A stretch of 64,000 nt of DNA from Octopus vulgaris. Its lineage: Eukaryota. Positions 14,941-28,959 of this stretch are shown one piece after another. Made by a program: the position numbers and the translations under genes. The notes beneath the pieces were generated by a model that was given only the letters and a program-made list of their open reading frames with translations, was not told where the DNA came from and made no database searches. Numbering within the stretch: position 1 is the first letter of the stretch; each line of letters opens with the position of its first letter. The stretch covers positions 123,256,001-123,320,000 of the forward strand of contig OX597816.1 in assembly GCA_951406725.2 (NCBI GenBank), given 5' to 3'.

Positions 14941-16088
14941 TTTTACCTCTTGGAAATGTTGTTCAAGATAAGGAACATTTTCAAAACACAAAAGCATTTG
15001 CCAATCAGGTCTGTTTTCTCAATTTTCCTAAACCTCTCTTTATTTATACAATTGATAATGAAAAACATTTTGATTCAACCCATACATGATTGGCTTATCA
15101 TAATACTGAACTTCTTTAAAGTAACAATATATAGTTAACACAATTTGTAATCTCTGATCTTGCCAAAATATCAATTAGGATATTTCAAGATAGTGATTCT
15201 CATGAATTTTATTCTTGTATTATTAGGCCTAGTTAAAAAACAAAATCTATTATGAAGTAGACAATTAAAAAACAAACCTGTACTACAGAGAAAGTGGGAA
15301 GACTATGCATATCTACAATCTTCTCAGAGAAAACCCAGGATTATCACCCTTAATATTGTAAAGGAATGTAATGACATGCCTTTTAGGCTTGACAAGTATA
15401 GAAAGTTATCAATATAATGAAGCAGAATGAGAAGTGAGACAAAAGATAAATGACTCCAGATAAGTGAGATAAAAGGAGAGTAACTAGAGGGGAAATAACA
15501 TGAAAAATAGTGAATTCTGCATGCTCTAGATACTTGAATATAGATGAAAGCAAAACTGTGTGTTAAAGCATTCATAATAATTTTACAAATAATTCTAATT
15601 TTAAATAGCAAGGATATTATCAGTAGTACGTACATATATACTGCATCAGTCGTTACATATGGATTAATAACATTGAATAAGAACAGCTTTAGACACAATA
15701 GATTGCTACACCAATATTCTACTTAAAAGTATCCCATTCTACAAAGCAAACTAATATTTTATAAATGTCTCTTTGAGAATGTCATGGATATCTGGCTCTT
15801 CTATCATAGTTGTGTTGGGTTACTGGCTGTGTATAAATGCTGAACACCACTCATAAACAATGAGCAGAAGCTTTATTTACAGTACACAGAATTTTCCATG
15901 TTAGTCTTTGAATGTAGAAAACAAACAACAATTTATACACATTGGGAGAGACAAACTCTGTAGTTTATTACAAAGTAGCTGGTCCATTGTAACTCTGTGA
16001 CTATGCTGTCACAACTGGAGAAATATCATTGCTAAATTTATGATGGCAAATCTGTTGCTTCTATATGCAAAAAGCTGGAGGATGAAAA

Positions 16089-16480
16089 TCTATATATATA
16101 TAAAGCTGAAGTTGTCTGTGTATGGCAGGTTTGGTAGCCTTCAACTAACACTATCTCCTCCGAGACCCTGTGGCGCAAGTTGACCAAAATTGAGAGTATG
16201 ATAGAAGAAGGCTTGCTCTTTATTCCATAGAAGAAAAAATTCAGATCGGACCATGTTAACACCAAAAATTATTTACATCAAAAAGGTGCTTTTTTTCTAT
16301 GAAAATCCCTATTTTTTACAATTTTTTGACTGCTGTTTTGCCATTTTTCGGTGTATTTCAACCAGAAAAATGTTCACTTAAAGAGAATAACAAGCTACAT
16401 AATGCAAAATTTTTACTTTTCAAAAATTCCAATTCTAAAGGGTCGAAACAAACCCGAGCAACGCTGGGCGATACTGCTAG
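16089..16480 (+). mobile_element. Non-autonomous Helitron (392 bp)
   Basis: A|TCTATATATATATAAAG ... hairpin CCCGAGCAACGCTGGG ... CTAG|T. Same 3' end as 29519 and 31662. Confidence 0.88.
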
Positions 16481-17532
16481 TAAGAGTATGTAATTATCAA
16501 AGCAACTGTTTGGCATAGTGAAGAGTTTTTGTTGGTGAACAAAAATGAGAATGTAGTTGTCTCTGTGATAGTCTCCACACTCTGAAGTTTAACACCAAAA
16601 ATTAGCCTATTCATAAAACTTATTAGAAGGTTCTAGAAGGTTGAATCACATGATGGCTCAATATTGATTGGGCAGTTAATTGGCCAATCATGTAAAGATA
16701 TCATGACTAACAGCAACTTTTACTCAGCTATTTCAGTGATTCGGTTTTGAATCTGCTACAAGAACATTAAGGTAAATTATTTCAGAGTAATTGTTTCAGA
16801 GAACAGTTAAAAGTCTTTTTTTAAGTAACTTAATGATGCACACTGCATTTTTGACACACAAGAAAATTTGCTGTTAGCCATTGTAGAACGTAAAGGTAAA
16901 AACTGCTGTAAGCCTATCACTATCAGAATTTCCCTGAGAAAATGGATATTTCCCACAGTGAAACTCTAAAATTATGACAACTGGAAAATGGACATACAAC
17001 AGGCAAATACATTAATTAAAATGAAAATAAGAAAGGTGGCACTTATATAAGTAGAATGTCTTACTTATCTAGAAAAGGCTATTTCAGCTATAATCTGGTG
17101 TGTTTGAAAGTATTTCTGATATGTGAAGCAGCAGATGCAACAATAATATTCACGATCATTGCCTCTAGGTATATTGATGGAAATATTTATAATTCTTGTA
17201 ATATTAATGATAAATGTCAATTAAGTGGCCAACTTTCAGAAGCAATATATTATAATTCAATGAGATGTTTATTACTAACATCATATAGCAACCAAAATTC
17301 AACACCTAAAGTTTTGAGATACTTGTACACCATTACTTCTTTTAGAAAATAATAATGTAATGATACATTCATTGGTGATTAAGCATACAAGTAGGTTACC
17401 AAAATGCAATGCAATGAAAACCTTTAAAATGTGAATGTTCTACATGATGACATTTATAACAATATTTGAAAAACTGAGTTCAGAATTCATTTATTTTTAG
17501 TATGGGAAAACTAGCTGTGTATGTTAATTTTA

Positions 17533-17775
17533 TAATATAGTATTTCTGCTCAGATATATGTAAGAATGTCATCGTTGTTGTCATTGTTTTAACCCTTTAG
17601 CATTCGGATTACTCTGTCAACTGTAATGCTTATTCATTCTCATTGTTTTAAATTAATCATGGATTATCTCATAGCTTTGAGATTTCTATCATGTTATTGT
17701 CTATTTTTGGCATGACATTCTAGGGTAGGTGTGAGAGGTCAGATCTTGGTAGTTTGAATATGAAACAGATATGAA
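17533..17775. mobile_element. piggyBac-type MITE family (about 220 bp), four copies in the window
   Basis: TTAA|CCCTTTAGCATTC start. Related copies at about 24394-24613 (ends ctaaaGGG|TTAA), 39187-39405 and 45030-45249 (inverted). Confidence 0.7.
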
Positions 17776-17821
17776 TATGTTAATGCAGTTGGTTTGTCTT
17801 TTGTGTTTGAAATCTATGCAG

Positions 17822-17903
17822 TCATCTAACGAAAACGGTTTTTTGCAATGATGTAATGTTTTCATTAATCAATTAAAGGATTCACTTGAAACGGCTGTAA
17901 TGA
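17822..17903 (+). ncRNA. Decayed hammerhead motif in a Penelope-like terminal repeat fragment
   Basis: tcat CTAACGA aaacgg...tcactt GAAA cggctg TA atga. Stem I is tcat/atga and stem III is near-palindromic. Confidence 0.55.
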
Positions 17904-18164
17904 ATTGACACCTGTACATCTTTGTTACTCATTTGTATTTTATTCACCTACACTGAAATATGCATTTCGGATGTTTTATACAAAGCATTTTTGTATTTTT
18001 ATATAAATTACCTGTCTGAACAACCAAGTGCTGACCTCGTCACTAAGTTGGGTCGTGTTATCTGCATACACTGCAAGAATATCAAGTGCAAACTACTGCA
18101 CCTTATGAGTAAACTCCAATAGTATTTAAAGTTGGTCATTCCAAGTATATAGTTTATACTTGGA

Positions 18165-18386
18165 ATGTTCCATTCTAAACAAAACTGTCCGACAATCAAG
18201 AACATGAAACTCTGAGTAACTGTTTTTGTGATATTTCTGCTGCTTTTAAATAAAGTATTTCTCATTGTTTTCAACGTTTTTTTGTTTTTGATATCCTGTA
18301 CCCATATTTGCATGTATATATACATATATATGTAGGTATGTACATATATGTATGTATATATGCCTATATTTATATATCATTTATAT

Positions 18387-18426
<40 letters not shown>

Positions 18427-18530
18427 AGAGTAAGCACATAAATGTGAAACAAGGTGGAAAAATAGTACTCGAATACCAGAGGTAGAGTAATATGCTTTAT
18501 TAAAAAGCAGCAAAGATATGCAACTACTTT
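18165..18530. mobile_element. Penelope-like pLTR fragments (direct at 18165-18260, inverted at 18421-18520) with a hammerhead-like motif
   Basis: aaaactgt CCGACAA ... GAAA ctctgag TA actgtttt followed by gctgcttttaaataaag. The reverse complement of the tail lies after the (TA)n. Same family at 19400-19495 and 23975-24090. Confidence 0.6.
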
Positions 18531-19416
18531 GATAGATACACATTTGAGAATGGTTTTCTGTCATTGGTGTCCTATCAAGTGTCCTAATGGTGTTTTAAAT
18601 AACTGGTTGAATGCAATAACAAACTGTGGTATAAGATCATATTTTTATAAAAACCTTAAATCAAATAAAGAAGGACAGAGCCTGAATGGTCCAGGGTAAA
18701 TAATTAGCTGTAAAATATTAATCAATTAATAAAAAGTCATATCTGTTTAAAAAAAAACAAATTCATTTAGCAGTATATACACATACCAAACCATCTATAA
18801 TATACATATATTCACTAAACATACTGATGCAGGTACATGGCTACATACATATACAGACATAAATATATGCACAAATGCATATATATGTATGCATGCACAC
18901 ACACGCGTGTCACCAAAATCTCTTGTCGTATGCTTATATAAGTTAGTTGTTACAGGCGAAAGAAAGAGAAGGAAAATATCAGAAAATAGTAGGTGGGGGA
19001 GGAAGAAAACAGTGGAAAAGAAGGAAAAGAAAGAGAAACAGAAACTTAGAGAGAGAATGGGAAAAATATATAGGGGTGGAGAGTGTTATATGATGGCATT
19101 TGAAAAGTATCTAAAGATGATTAGATATGTTGTTTAGCTTGTGCAACGAACATATAAAAAGACACACATAGAATTACATGTATATCTACATAAATACAGA
19201 CATACATAAAAATATTCTATTCCCACCGAAATTTAAGGTTTGCTTTGATTTTTATAATAATATGATTTCATACAGCAATTTGTTCATTGCGTGCAACCAG
19301 TTATTGAAAAGACTGTTAGTTGAAAGGATCAATGAAACAAAACCATTTTCAAATGTGTATCTATCAAACTAATTGTATATTTTTGCTTGTAACCTTATTT
19401 TTGTTCCATTCTAAAC

Positions 19417-19462
19417 AAAACTGTCCAATGAACGGGAACGTGAAACTCTGAGTAACGATTTT
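19417..19462 (+). ncRNA. Hammerhead-like motif in a pLTR fragment
   Basis: aaaactgt CCAATGA acg-ggaa-cgt GAAA ctctgag TA acgatttt. Confidence 0.55.
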
Positions 19463-19578
19463 TGTGATATTTTTGCTGCTTTTTAATAAAGTATATATAT
19501 ACATATAGACAGATAGGTAGCTACATACATACATATGCATTTATATATAATTAGACACATCTCTCTCTCCCCACTTTC

Positions 19579-19708
<130 letters not shown>

Positions 19709-20131
19709 TATTATTTATATACACCTATGGATGTGCATACATATATAATACCTCTGCATATAAGCATGTGGGAATGTGTGTGTATACACATGTTTGTTCA
19801 AATTATTTTTAGATCGATGAAATCAGTAAAATATGTTATCCTTTACTTGGAAAGGGCAAGCATAGAAAAATGGACTAAAATGGAAGAATAAAATGAAAGT
19901 GTGTGTGTGTGTGTGTGTGAAACTGATAAAGCAAATACAATTTATGATAAAAATTTACAATTTTATTTTGGGTAAAGTGTCAGCATCTTTTGGAGCAAAA
20001 TCTTTGAATGCTGTTCGCATGCTCAACTGCCTCTGACTGTCACACACTTCCACTCCGTTTCTTGATTTACCCTCTTTTTCCTTCCAAGCCTATTTTTATG
20101 CCCAGTCCACCAGAGTATGTATACATATACA

Positions 20132-21003
20132 TCTCCATATATATAAAACTGAGAATGTGTGTCTGTCTGTCTGTGTGTTTCCCTAAAACTTGAGAACTAC
20201 ACAACCAATTTCATTCAAATTTTACATATGCTTTACTTAAGGTCCGAGGAGTGTCATCAGCAAAATTTTAACTTTTTCTCTAGGGTGACCCCACAGCAAT
20301 ATCATATCTTCTCCACTATTTCAGTATTACGTGTTAAAAGTGAAACAAAAACATCTCTCTTTTGTAATGCAGACACTTTCACTTTAATACTGAAACTATT
20401 AAAGTGAAAGTATTATATAACAGGGATGAACCATTAACAGTGGTCATCCATTTTGCTAGAAGAAGATCCGCTATGGTCTTATATGCTACACCACTGGTTT
20501 TCAATTCATATTAATCAAATTAATATTCAATTTTTCACCCTTATTATGTGTGTGTATTAGCAATTCATATAAAATTGCATCAATGACTTGAACTTGAATA
20601 AGTGGTTTCCCATAAATGGGGATAAATTAAAAAGGTTTGTTGTTATTATTATTACTGTTTGACTATTGTAATCACGTTTGTTGGTTCCTCGTCAAGGAAA
20701 CGTTGTTGTGTTGCATTTGCTAAATAATTGTAAACCGTAACCCTCCCCCTTTCGGAGAAGGGGCTTTGGTTATTGTTTAAAAATTGAATTGTGTCCCTGT
20801 TTGGGGAAATTGACAATATTTTCACCGTCTTTACGGAAGCATTTTTGTTAAAATGGCTTCAATAGAAGAAAGTCCCAAAATGAATTCCACTGCAGCCGTA
20901 CACTTTTATACAAGAGGGAGGACAAGATCCAATTGATCGAAATTGCAAGAGACGGGCCTACAATTCCAGTCTGTTATATATTTTGAGTGTTGTTATCACT
21001 AGC
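20132..21003 (+). mobile_element. Helitron-like non-autonomous element (3' end uncertain)
   Basis: A|TCTCCATATATATAAAACTGAG...(GTCT)n start like the other Helitrons. A possible CTAG end near 21000 lacks a clear hairpin. Confidence 0.45.
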
Positions 21004-21685
21004 GATATCAAGATATAACTTTGTATTTTGTATTTTATGTGTAGATGTATATATATAGATGTACATGTAATATGTACACATATATATACACATATATACA
21101 TGCATAATATATCTACCCATACACACATATGCACACACACACACACACATACATAGGGGCAGGTGTGGCTGTGTGGTAACAAACTACGTTCCAAAAACAT
21201 GGTCCTGGGTTCAGTCCCACTGTGTGGTGACTTGGCATGTGTCTGCTGCTGTAGCCTCAGACCAACAAAAGCCTTCTCAGTGGATTTTGTACATATATAC
21301 AGGCATACATACATATATATACATGCATACGTACATATTCGGCATAAACATTCTACCACTACAACTAATAACTGTTGGGAACACTTTCAAACCTGCCTTA
21401 AATTCGAACCGGAATCTCAAAAACATTGTCCCCTTACATCTCATTCTCATTTCATTCCCAACACAGGGGATATGTCTGGCTCTTTGAATCACAGAGTATA
21501 CTCCCTTTTGCCAGTTGAGTAGATTAGAGCAATGTGAAACAAAATGTCTTGCTTAAGGACACAATGTGTTGCCACAAATCAAAATCAAATTCAAAACCTT
21601 ACAACCATGAATTGAACACCTTAACCACTAAGCCATGCACATTCATTGTCCAGCACCCCAAGCAGAAATATAAGGACACAGATAT

Positions 21686-22884
21686 TGTTAGTTAGTTAGT
21701 TAATTAGTTAATTTTTTGGCTCAAAAAGTAAAAAGCAAGGCCATGTAGGGGGACATGGAGTTATGTACAGGGTGGTGTTCATGTAAAGAGTTCAGGCCAC
21801 TTGAGGTCAAGGGAGACCTTAAACCGAGCGGTCGTCGGCATCTTCACCATCTTGTCTGGCAGCTTATTCCACGGATCCACAACCCGGATGGAGAAAGCCC
21901 CTCTGCTTCGATTGAGATGAAATCGTTGCAGATAGAGCTTTTCGGAATGACCCCGCAGCTGACGCTCTGGAGCAGGAGTGAAGAACAGCTCTTTCGAGAG
22001 GTTACACTTTTCGCTTATGATGTTGTGAGCAAGAATGAGATCTCCACGGCGTCGTCATTTTTCTAGAGAATAAAGGTCAAGCGTTTTCAGCCTTTCTTCA
22101 TAAGACAAATTCTTGAGACCAAGAACCATGCGGGTAGCCAGCTTCTGGACTCTTTCGAGATACTGTATGTCTTTTAGGAGATAAGGAGAAGAGGCTTGAA
22201 TCCCGTACTCCAATATGGGTCTCACCAGCGTGACATAGAGCGGTAGGAATATGGCTGCTGTGAGCATTCCGAATGACCGTCGAATCAAGAACAGAATTCT
22301 GTGTGCTTTGTTGGCAGCATGGACACACTGGGCCGAAGGTGAAAAGGAGGAATCCACCAAGATACACAAGTCCTTTACCTGATCGGTCCTTTCCAGCAGC
22401 AGATGACCCGGCTCGAAATCAAGTTGAGTTGCAGGAGGAGAGCCAACAGGCAGATGACAACACTTTGACATGTTCCGACACAGGTCCCATTCATTAGACC
22501 ATCTCCAAATTAGGTGGAGGCATCAACGAAGATTCTCTATATCACCGTGAGGAGCGATTAGTTTGACATCGTTGGCAAATAGAAGGGTGTGTTGCGTGAG
22601 GTCGTCGAGCAAATCATTTATGAAGACTAAGAACAATAAGGGTCCAAGCACTGAACCTTGAGGCACACCACTGCTCACACTGGAGACGTCAGACCGTGAA
22701 CCATTAACTTGGACTTGGAAGGAGCGATCTGAGAGGAAGGTACCAACCCATCATACAATATCCGGATGGAAACTATATGCTTGAAGCTTGACAAGTAATA
22801 GGTGGTGGTTTACCGAGTCAAAAGCTTTGGCAAAGTCCAATAAAACAATGTCAACAGCATCACTATCATCGAGGATGTGCGTCG
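21686..22884 (-). mobile_element. 5'-truncated CR1-group LINE (RT C-terminal half and 3' UTR)
   Basis: Minus strand encodes VDIVLLDFAKAFDSVNH, SGVPQGSVLGPLLFLVFINDL and LYVTLVRPILEY...LERVQKLATRM, with an (AACT)n-like 3' tail at 21686-21712. Confidence 0.9.
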
Positions 22885-23776
22885 AAATGATGTTTCCTGG
22901 GGCTAAACAGCATTAACAAGCATCCCTTCCAGGACAGCCACATTATGTTGGCAAATAGTCTTTACTTCAAAGAACTGTTACTGAATATTTCTTTTTGAGA
23001 TATTTAGAAATAATAATGTTTCTATCTTAACACAGTATTTTTTGTACAAGTATTTGAAAATGAATAAAAACTGGAAGTTCATATGTACTTTACTGGTGCC
23101 TCAGGATAAATATATTATAAGATCATTATCATCATAATCATTGCTCATTGTTGTTGCCATCATTTTCATCATCATCATTTACCTACACACTTCCATGCTG
23201 GTATGAGTTACGTGAATTGTTATCTTTTACCCAGAGTTATTGCCCCCCTAAGCAGTTCAGTAACCATGTTGTGCTGGTAAATCATATTGGGCATGGTTTC
23301 TATGACAGCATGCCTTTGTTATTTCCAGCCACTTTACTGCATCTGCAAGCTTACTAGCTATGTTGACAGCAAGTAGTTAGCAATAAAGCTAGTCACTGGT
23401 CTGCTCGAGAAAATAGCAATACATAGGTCTGTAAATTAATTAAATAATTTTCTCAAGGTACTCCTGTATTTAAAGATTCATCTAACTTTTGCACTATAAA
23501 TAATAATGGCTTGTGATTTGGTCACAAAGCCAGAAAATTTTAGAGGAAGAGTTAAATCAGCAACAGTGATCCTATTACTTGACTGGTATATCATTTTATT
23601 GACACTAAAAAGATTTAAAGCTAAGTTGATCTCAGTATGAAATGAACTTAAATGCTAAGAGCCACAACATATATCAGAGGCATTTCCTTCAAATACTCCT
23701 AAAACAATTCAGCCAACTTGCTGCATCATAAATAATAAGAAGGAATGTTTACATTAACACTTGTCTACTATAAATA

Positions 23777-23939
23777 GGCATCGGAGTGGCTGTGTGGTAA
23801 GTAACTTGCTTACAACCCACATGGTTCTAGGTTCAGTCCCACTGCATGGCACCTTGGGCAAGTGTCTTCTACTATAGCCTCAGGCTAACCAAAGCCTTGT
23901 GAGTGGATTTGGTAGACAGAAACTGAAAGAAGCCTGTTG

Positions 23940-23977
<38 letters not shown>

Positions 23978-24086
23978 CCGGAGTAAACACATAAATGTGA
24001 AACAAGGTGGAAAAACAAGGTGGATGAACGGCAACGAGAAACTCAGAGTAACAGATTTTGTTGAATTTTCTGCTGCTTAAAATAAA

Positions 24087-24154
<68 letters not shown>

Positions 24155-24378
24155 GTGTATATATGTTTGTGTGTCTGTGTTTGTTGCTCAAACATCGCTT
24201 GACAACCAATGCTTGTGTATTTACCCACATAACCTATCAATTTCGCAAAAGAGACCAGTAGAATAAGTACTAGGCTTACAAAGATTAAGTCCTGGGGTCG
24301 ATTTGCTCGACTAAAAAAAGGCGGTGCTCCAGTATGGCCACAACCAAACGACTGAAACAAGTAAAAGAGTAAAGGAGT
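23777..24378 (+). mobile_element. tRNA-derived SINE interrupted in its central microsatellite by a pLTR/hammerhead fragment (23975-24090)
   Basis: Head gtggctgtgtggtaag...ggttcagtcccactg and tail actgaaacaagtaaaagag. The insert carries GATGA acg-gcaa-cga GAAA ctcagag TA acag. Confidence 0.8.
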
Positions 24379-24776
24379 AAAAGAAAACGAAAACCGTTTA
24401 GCGTTCAGATTACTTTGTCAAATGTAATGCTTATTTATTCACACTGTTTTGAAGTAATTATGTGTTACCTTGTAGCTTTGGGATTTTGATGATATAATTG
24501 TATATTTTAAGAATGATATCATAGGGTAGGTGTGAAAGATGAGATTTGGCTGGTTTGAGCATAAAACAGGTAGAATATTTGAACCAGATATGGCAGGTTT
24601 AAATGCTAAAGGGTTAAAAAGAATGGTATGAATCAAATTTGGTACAAATTTCCTCATAAAACCAATCATTTTCATGGAAAATTTTTTAATCAACTTCAGT
24701 ATTTTACTGATATTTATTTTATCAACTTCAGTGAAGAGAATTTGAACTCAAAATATAAAGAAACATAATATTTATC

Positions 24777-25087
24777 TATGTGCCCTTTTCAAGCCTAGCC
24801 AGGCTCATGGGCAGGCCCAATTTCCCAGTTTCTATGGCATATGTATTCCCCCTAACTGGATGGGACACCAGTCCATTGCAGCATTACTCAAGAAACAGGA
24901 AAAAAGAGCAAGAGAAAGTTGGGGCGAAGGAGTACAACAGGGGTTGCCACCACCCCCTGCTGGAGCCTCATGGAGCTTTAGGTGTTTTCACTCAATAAAC
25001 ACAAACAATGCCCAGTCTGAGAATCGAAACCGCAATCCTCTGACCGTGAGTCCACTGCTCTAACCACTGGGCCATTGTACCTCCACA
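24777..25087 (-). mobile_element. tRNA-derived SINE (second family)
   Basis: Minus strand starts gtggaggtacaatggcccagtggttagagcagtggactcacggtc, with a B-box-like ggtttcgattctc. Confidence 0.75.
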
Positions 25088-25679
25088 AAGAAACATAATA
25101 AAATACTACAAATTATATCATTTATCTGGCACACTACATTTTTTTTTCAAGACAAAATGGACAGAACTAAATTTTAAAATTTGGGTATAATTTGCCTAAT
25201 GTCAATTGATCTTGTCTAAAATACACCTATCATATGCTCTCATGTGCATTACTAGTAATCAACTCAAATGGTCAGCTATTACCTATCACCAAGTAGTTGA
25301 GTTTTAAAAAATTTCCTTTCTTGGTTGCAACTATTTATTCTGTTTTGAAAAGCATTGTTTTTTCAAGACAGCAATACTTGATTTGAAAATTTCCTAAAAT
25401 TATCTTCTGAAGTTTTATTTACATTATTCTTTTCTTGTTTTCACTTTCTAATCTTTTGTATCGTATCTTGCTAATGTGTACTAGAAAACCTCTTGTAAAT
25501 AGAATGTTCAGAAGAAAGAAAATAGTTATAAATTTGATAAATATAATTATCATCCAAGTAATGTTTCCTTACATGAAAATCTTCTGTGAGTTTTGCATGC
25601 AATAATAGCATGCTTCCATTAATGTAATATCTAATTTTACTCAAATACATTATCTAGGTTTAAAAGTAATTTTTCTTCA

Positions 25680-25692
25680 ACTACTACTACTA

Positions 25693-25724
<32 letters not shown>

Positions 25725-25778
25725 ACCACCACCACCACCACCACCACCACCACCACCACCACCACCACCACCACCACC

Positions 25779-25840
<62 letters not shown>

Positions 25841-25856
25841 ACACACACACACACAG
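25680..25856. repeat. Compound microsatellite (CTA)n(CTG)n(CCA)n(CTA)n(CA)n
   Basis: Seen directly. Confidence 0.95.
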
Positions 25857-27141
25857 AGGCACATAGTCACTTACTTTAGGGGAGGGGTATAGTCCTTCAT
25901 ATAGATAGTAGATATTGCCTGGTACATATTTTATTGTCCCAGGGTGGAAGAAATGAAGCCTGATCTGGATTTGAATTCAGAATGTAAAGAGATGTAATTC
26001 AATAGTGTAAAGCATTTCATTTGTCACCCTACTGATTCTGTTTTATACCACTGTAGTAGTAGTAGTAGTAGACAAAAAGTGGAAACTGCTCTAAAGATAA
26101 AGGGTTCAACATGGGAATGGTGTAACTTCCATTACAAAGCCTTTTGGTGAAATGTGAACTTGACCTGCTTAGCACACTTCTTGATTTAGTTATGTAATTA
26201 GCAGTGCATGCCTCTTGCATCAAATTTCTACTGAAAATTTTTTCCAGGTTTCTGTTTTGACTGGTGACACTTCCTTTTAATAAATAACTACATAAACAAC
26301 TTATAAACAATTACATCTGTCTCTGATTTCAAAAAACGATATTTTTAAAGTTATCAAATACAGAAGTTTTATGAAGACACTTGGTAAGTTATCCTCATTT
26401 GCATCTATTCACACAGAGAGACTGTCTTCCAGTTTTGCCTAAAGGTACATATGAAAGTAAGATTAACAAGTTAACAAGTTTCAGTTTCCTCCAAGAAAGC
26501 TTAGCTTCTTCAAAAGTTTTTCTTGTCTTTCCCAACAGTCAAATATCTGTTTGTCAAATCAATAACTTGTGACAGTATATTTTCTTTGATCTTTTGTTCA
26601 GAAGAGGTGTGACTCTAACCCTTCATAGGGCTTCCAAGAGCAGTAGCAGGGAGGGAGAAAGGTTTCTGAGACTGGAGAACTAATCTAAACGCTTACAATA
26701 GAGTTAAAGGCACTATTAAGCTGAGCAAGGGTTTAAATCCACTGCCCTCATGGGTTATGAGAGGATGTAAACTAAAATTGCATAGAAAAGAAACATCTGG
26801 TCTGACACTTTTACAGTGCTGCAAATGTGATTGTGAAGCAGACATTTTAACCACACAAATCTGCTTGCATGCGTGTGTGCATTCGTAGCTGCAAGCTAGA
26901 AAATAATGTGTGCAATATAGAAACAGAATATAATTAATTGTTATAGAAACAGAATATAATTAATTGTTATATTACTAAGAGTAATATGAATATCATTGAT
27001 CTTGTAATTAATTTCTAGAAAACACAATATATATATTACAATGACACAAACGATATGTATATACATTCACTTAAATAGGAAAGTGAAATAGGAAACAGTA
27101 CATATGCATACACACACATAAATATATATATATACATACAT

Positions 27142-27172
<31 letters not shown>

Positions 27173-27178
27173 CACACA

Positions 27179-27214
<36 letters not shown>

Positions 27215-27236
27215 TATACACACATACATACATACA

Positions 27237-27270
<34 letters not shown>

Positions 27271-27304
27271 CACACATACATACATACATACATACATACA
27301 TACA

Positions 27305-27337
<33 letters not shown>

Positions 27338-27853
27338 CTCTTATTATAAAAGGCAGATTTTATCTGCCTCCCTTTGGGAGTTATACAAATCTACAATATA
27401 GGATTTCTTCAATTACAATTTACCTTGCATTTTTAAGAGTACAATGCATCGCGTCATGCCAGCTCCAGTTTTTAAAATTTAAACTCCAGTTAAGCAAAAT
27501 TTACAGAAAACTCACATTCTGGTGTGTGTGTCAAATGCTTTTCTTAGTCTGGTTTACACCACACGCAAACGCACACACACAGTGGGCAACGAATAAAATT
27601 AAACTAATTCACTTACTGTAGTGAGTGATTCTTTCACTCTGCCTCCCACTTCTTCTTTCCACACAGACACGCAAATATATAAATAAAATTGTAAGCTAAC
27701 GTGCGTGTGTGTGAGTGGGTGTGTGTGGGTGTGCGCGTGTGTGTGTGTGTGAGGGTGCGTGTGTGTGTGTGTGTGTGTGTGTGCGTGTGCGTGAGTGTGT
27801 GACAGGAAAGTTTTTTTACGACGAATATAACACCTATATCCAAGTAGCAGAAA

Positions 27854-28335
27854 GATCAGACAGTAAGGTGTGATTTGGGGGAGATTTGGCTGCTATTTCT
27901 ACCATGTCTAGCTGCCATGTAGGGGTCTCCCTCATAGGCTCATACATACATATATACATAGATAAGACAGTAAGGTGTGATTTGGGGGAAATTTGGCTGC
28001 TATTTCTACCAGGTCTAGCTGCCATGTAGGGGTCTCCCTCATAGGCTCATACATACATATATACATAGATAAGACAGTAAGGTGTGATTTGGGGGAAATT
28101 TGGCTGCTATTTCTACCAGGTCTAGCTGCCATGTAGGGGTCTCCCTCATAGGCTCATACATACATATATACATAGATAAGACAGTAAGGTGTGATTTGGG
28201 GGAAAATTTGGCTGCTATTTCTACCAGGTCTAGCTACCATGTAGAGGTCCCCTCATTGGCTCATATATATATATACATACATAAGACAGTAAGGTGTGAT
28301 TTGAGGGAGATTTGGCTGCTGTTTCTACCAGGTCT
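27854..28335. repeat. 107-bp tandem repeat array (about 4.5 units), repeated at about 30020-30505
   Basis: gataagacagtaaggtgtgatttggggg recurs at 27961, 28068 and 28175. Confidence 0.92.
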
Positions 28336-28700
28336 GTTAGGCCTTCTCATGTAAACTCAAGCTTTCTCATGCCTTCAACATATGACCAAAGCAGAGAATG
28401 TATTCTTTTATTCTTCTGCTTTTTCCAGCCATTGGTCTGTGGCCATGCTGGGGCAATGCCTTGAAGAATTGTAGTTTAATGAATCAACTCCAGTTTTATT
28501 TTTGTAAGCATTGTACTTATTCTATCTGTTTCCTTTGTCAAACCACTAGGTGACAGGGATGTAAACAAACCAACATTCGTTGTCAAGCAGTGGTGGAGGA
28601 CAATCACAAGCACAGACACGCACACACACACACATACATGCATACACATATACACACATACATACATACATACATATATATATATGTGTGTATATATATA

Positions 28701-28959
28701 TTGCAGCGTGGAAGGTGTTTGTAAGCCATTTAAGAAACACACAAAAACCGTTACATTCACTTCAACATTTAAATTTCATTTGCCAAAATATCTTCGTCGC
28801 TTTCAGACCGCGACCTGTTCACTGACAAAAATATCGTGCTAACAGGTCGCGGTCTCAAAGCGACGAAAATATTTTGACAAATTAAATTTAAATGTTGAAG
28901 TGAATCTAACGGTTTTTGTGTGTTTCTTAAATGGCTTATAAACACCTTCAACGCTGCAA
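28701..28959. repeat. Fold-back element (119-bp arms, 21-nt loop) with a one-sided tail, inside (TA)n; duplicate at 30844-31102
   Basis: TTGCAGCGTGGAAGGTG...GACCTGTT / AACAGGTC...CACCTTCAACGCTGCAA. Confidence 0.9.

Noticed and set aside
26916-26970. 26-bp direct duplication, and a similar one at 60731-60870
   Set aside because: Simple local slippage duplications with no further structure.
27854-28335. Regularly spaced repeats resembling a CRISPR array
   Set aside because: Units are wholly repeated with no unique spacers, no cas genes are present, and the context is eukaryotic.
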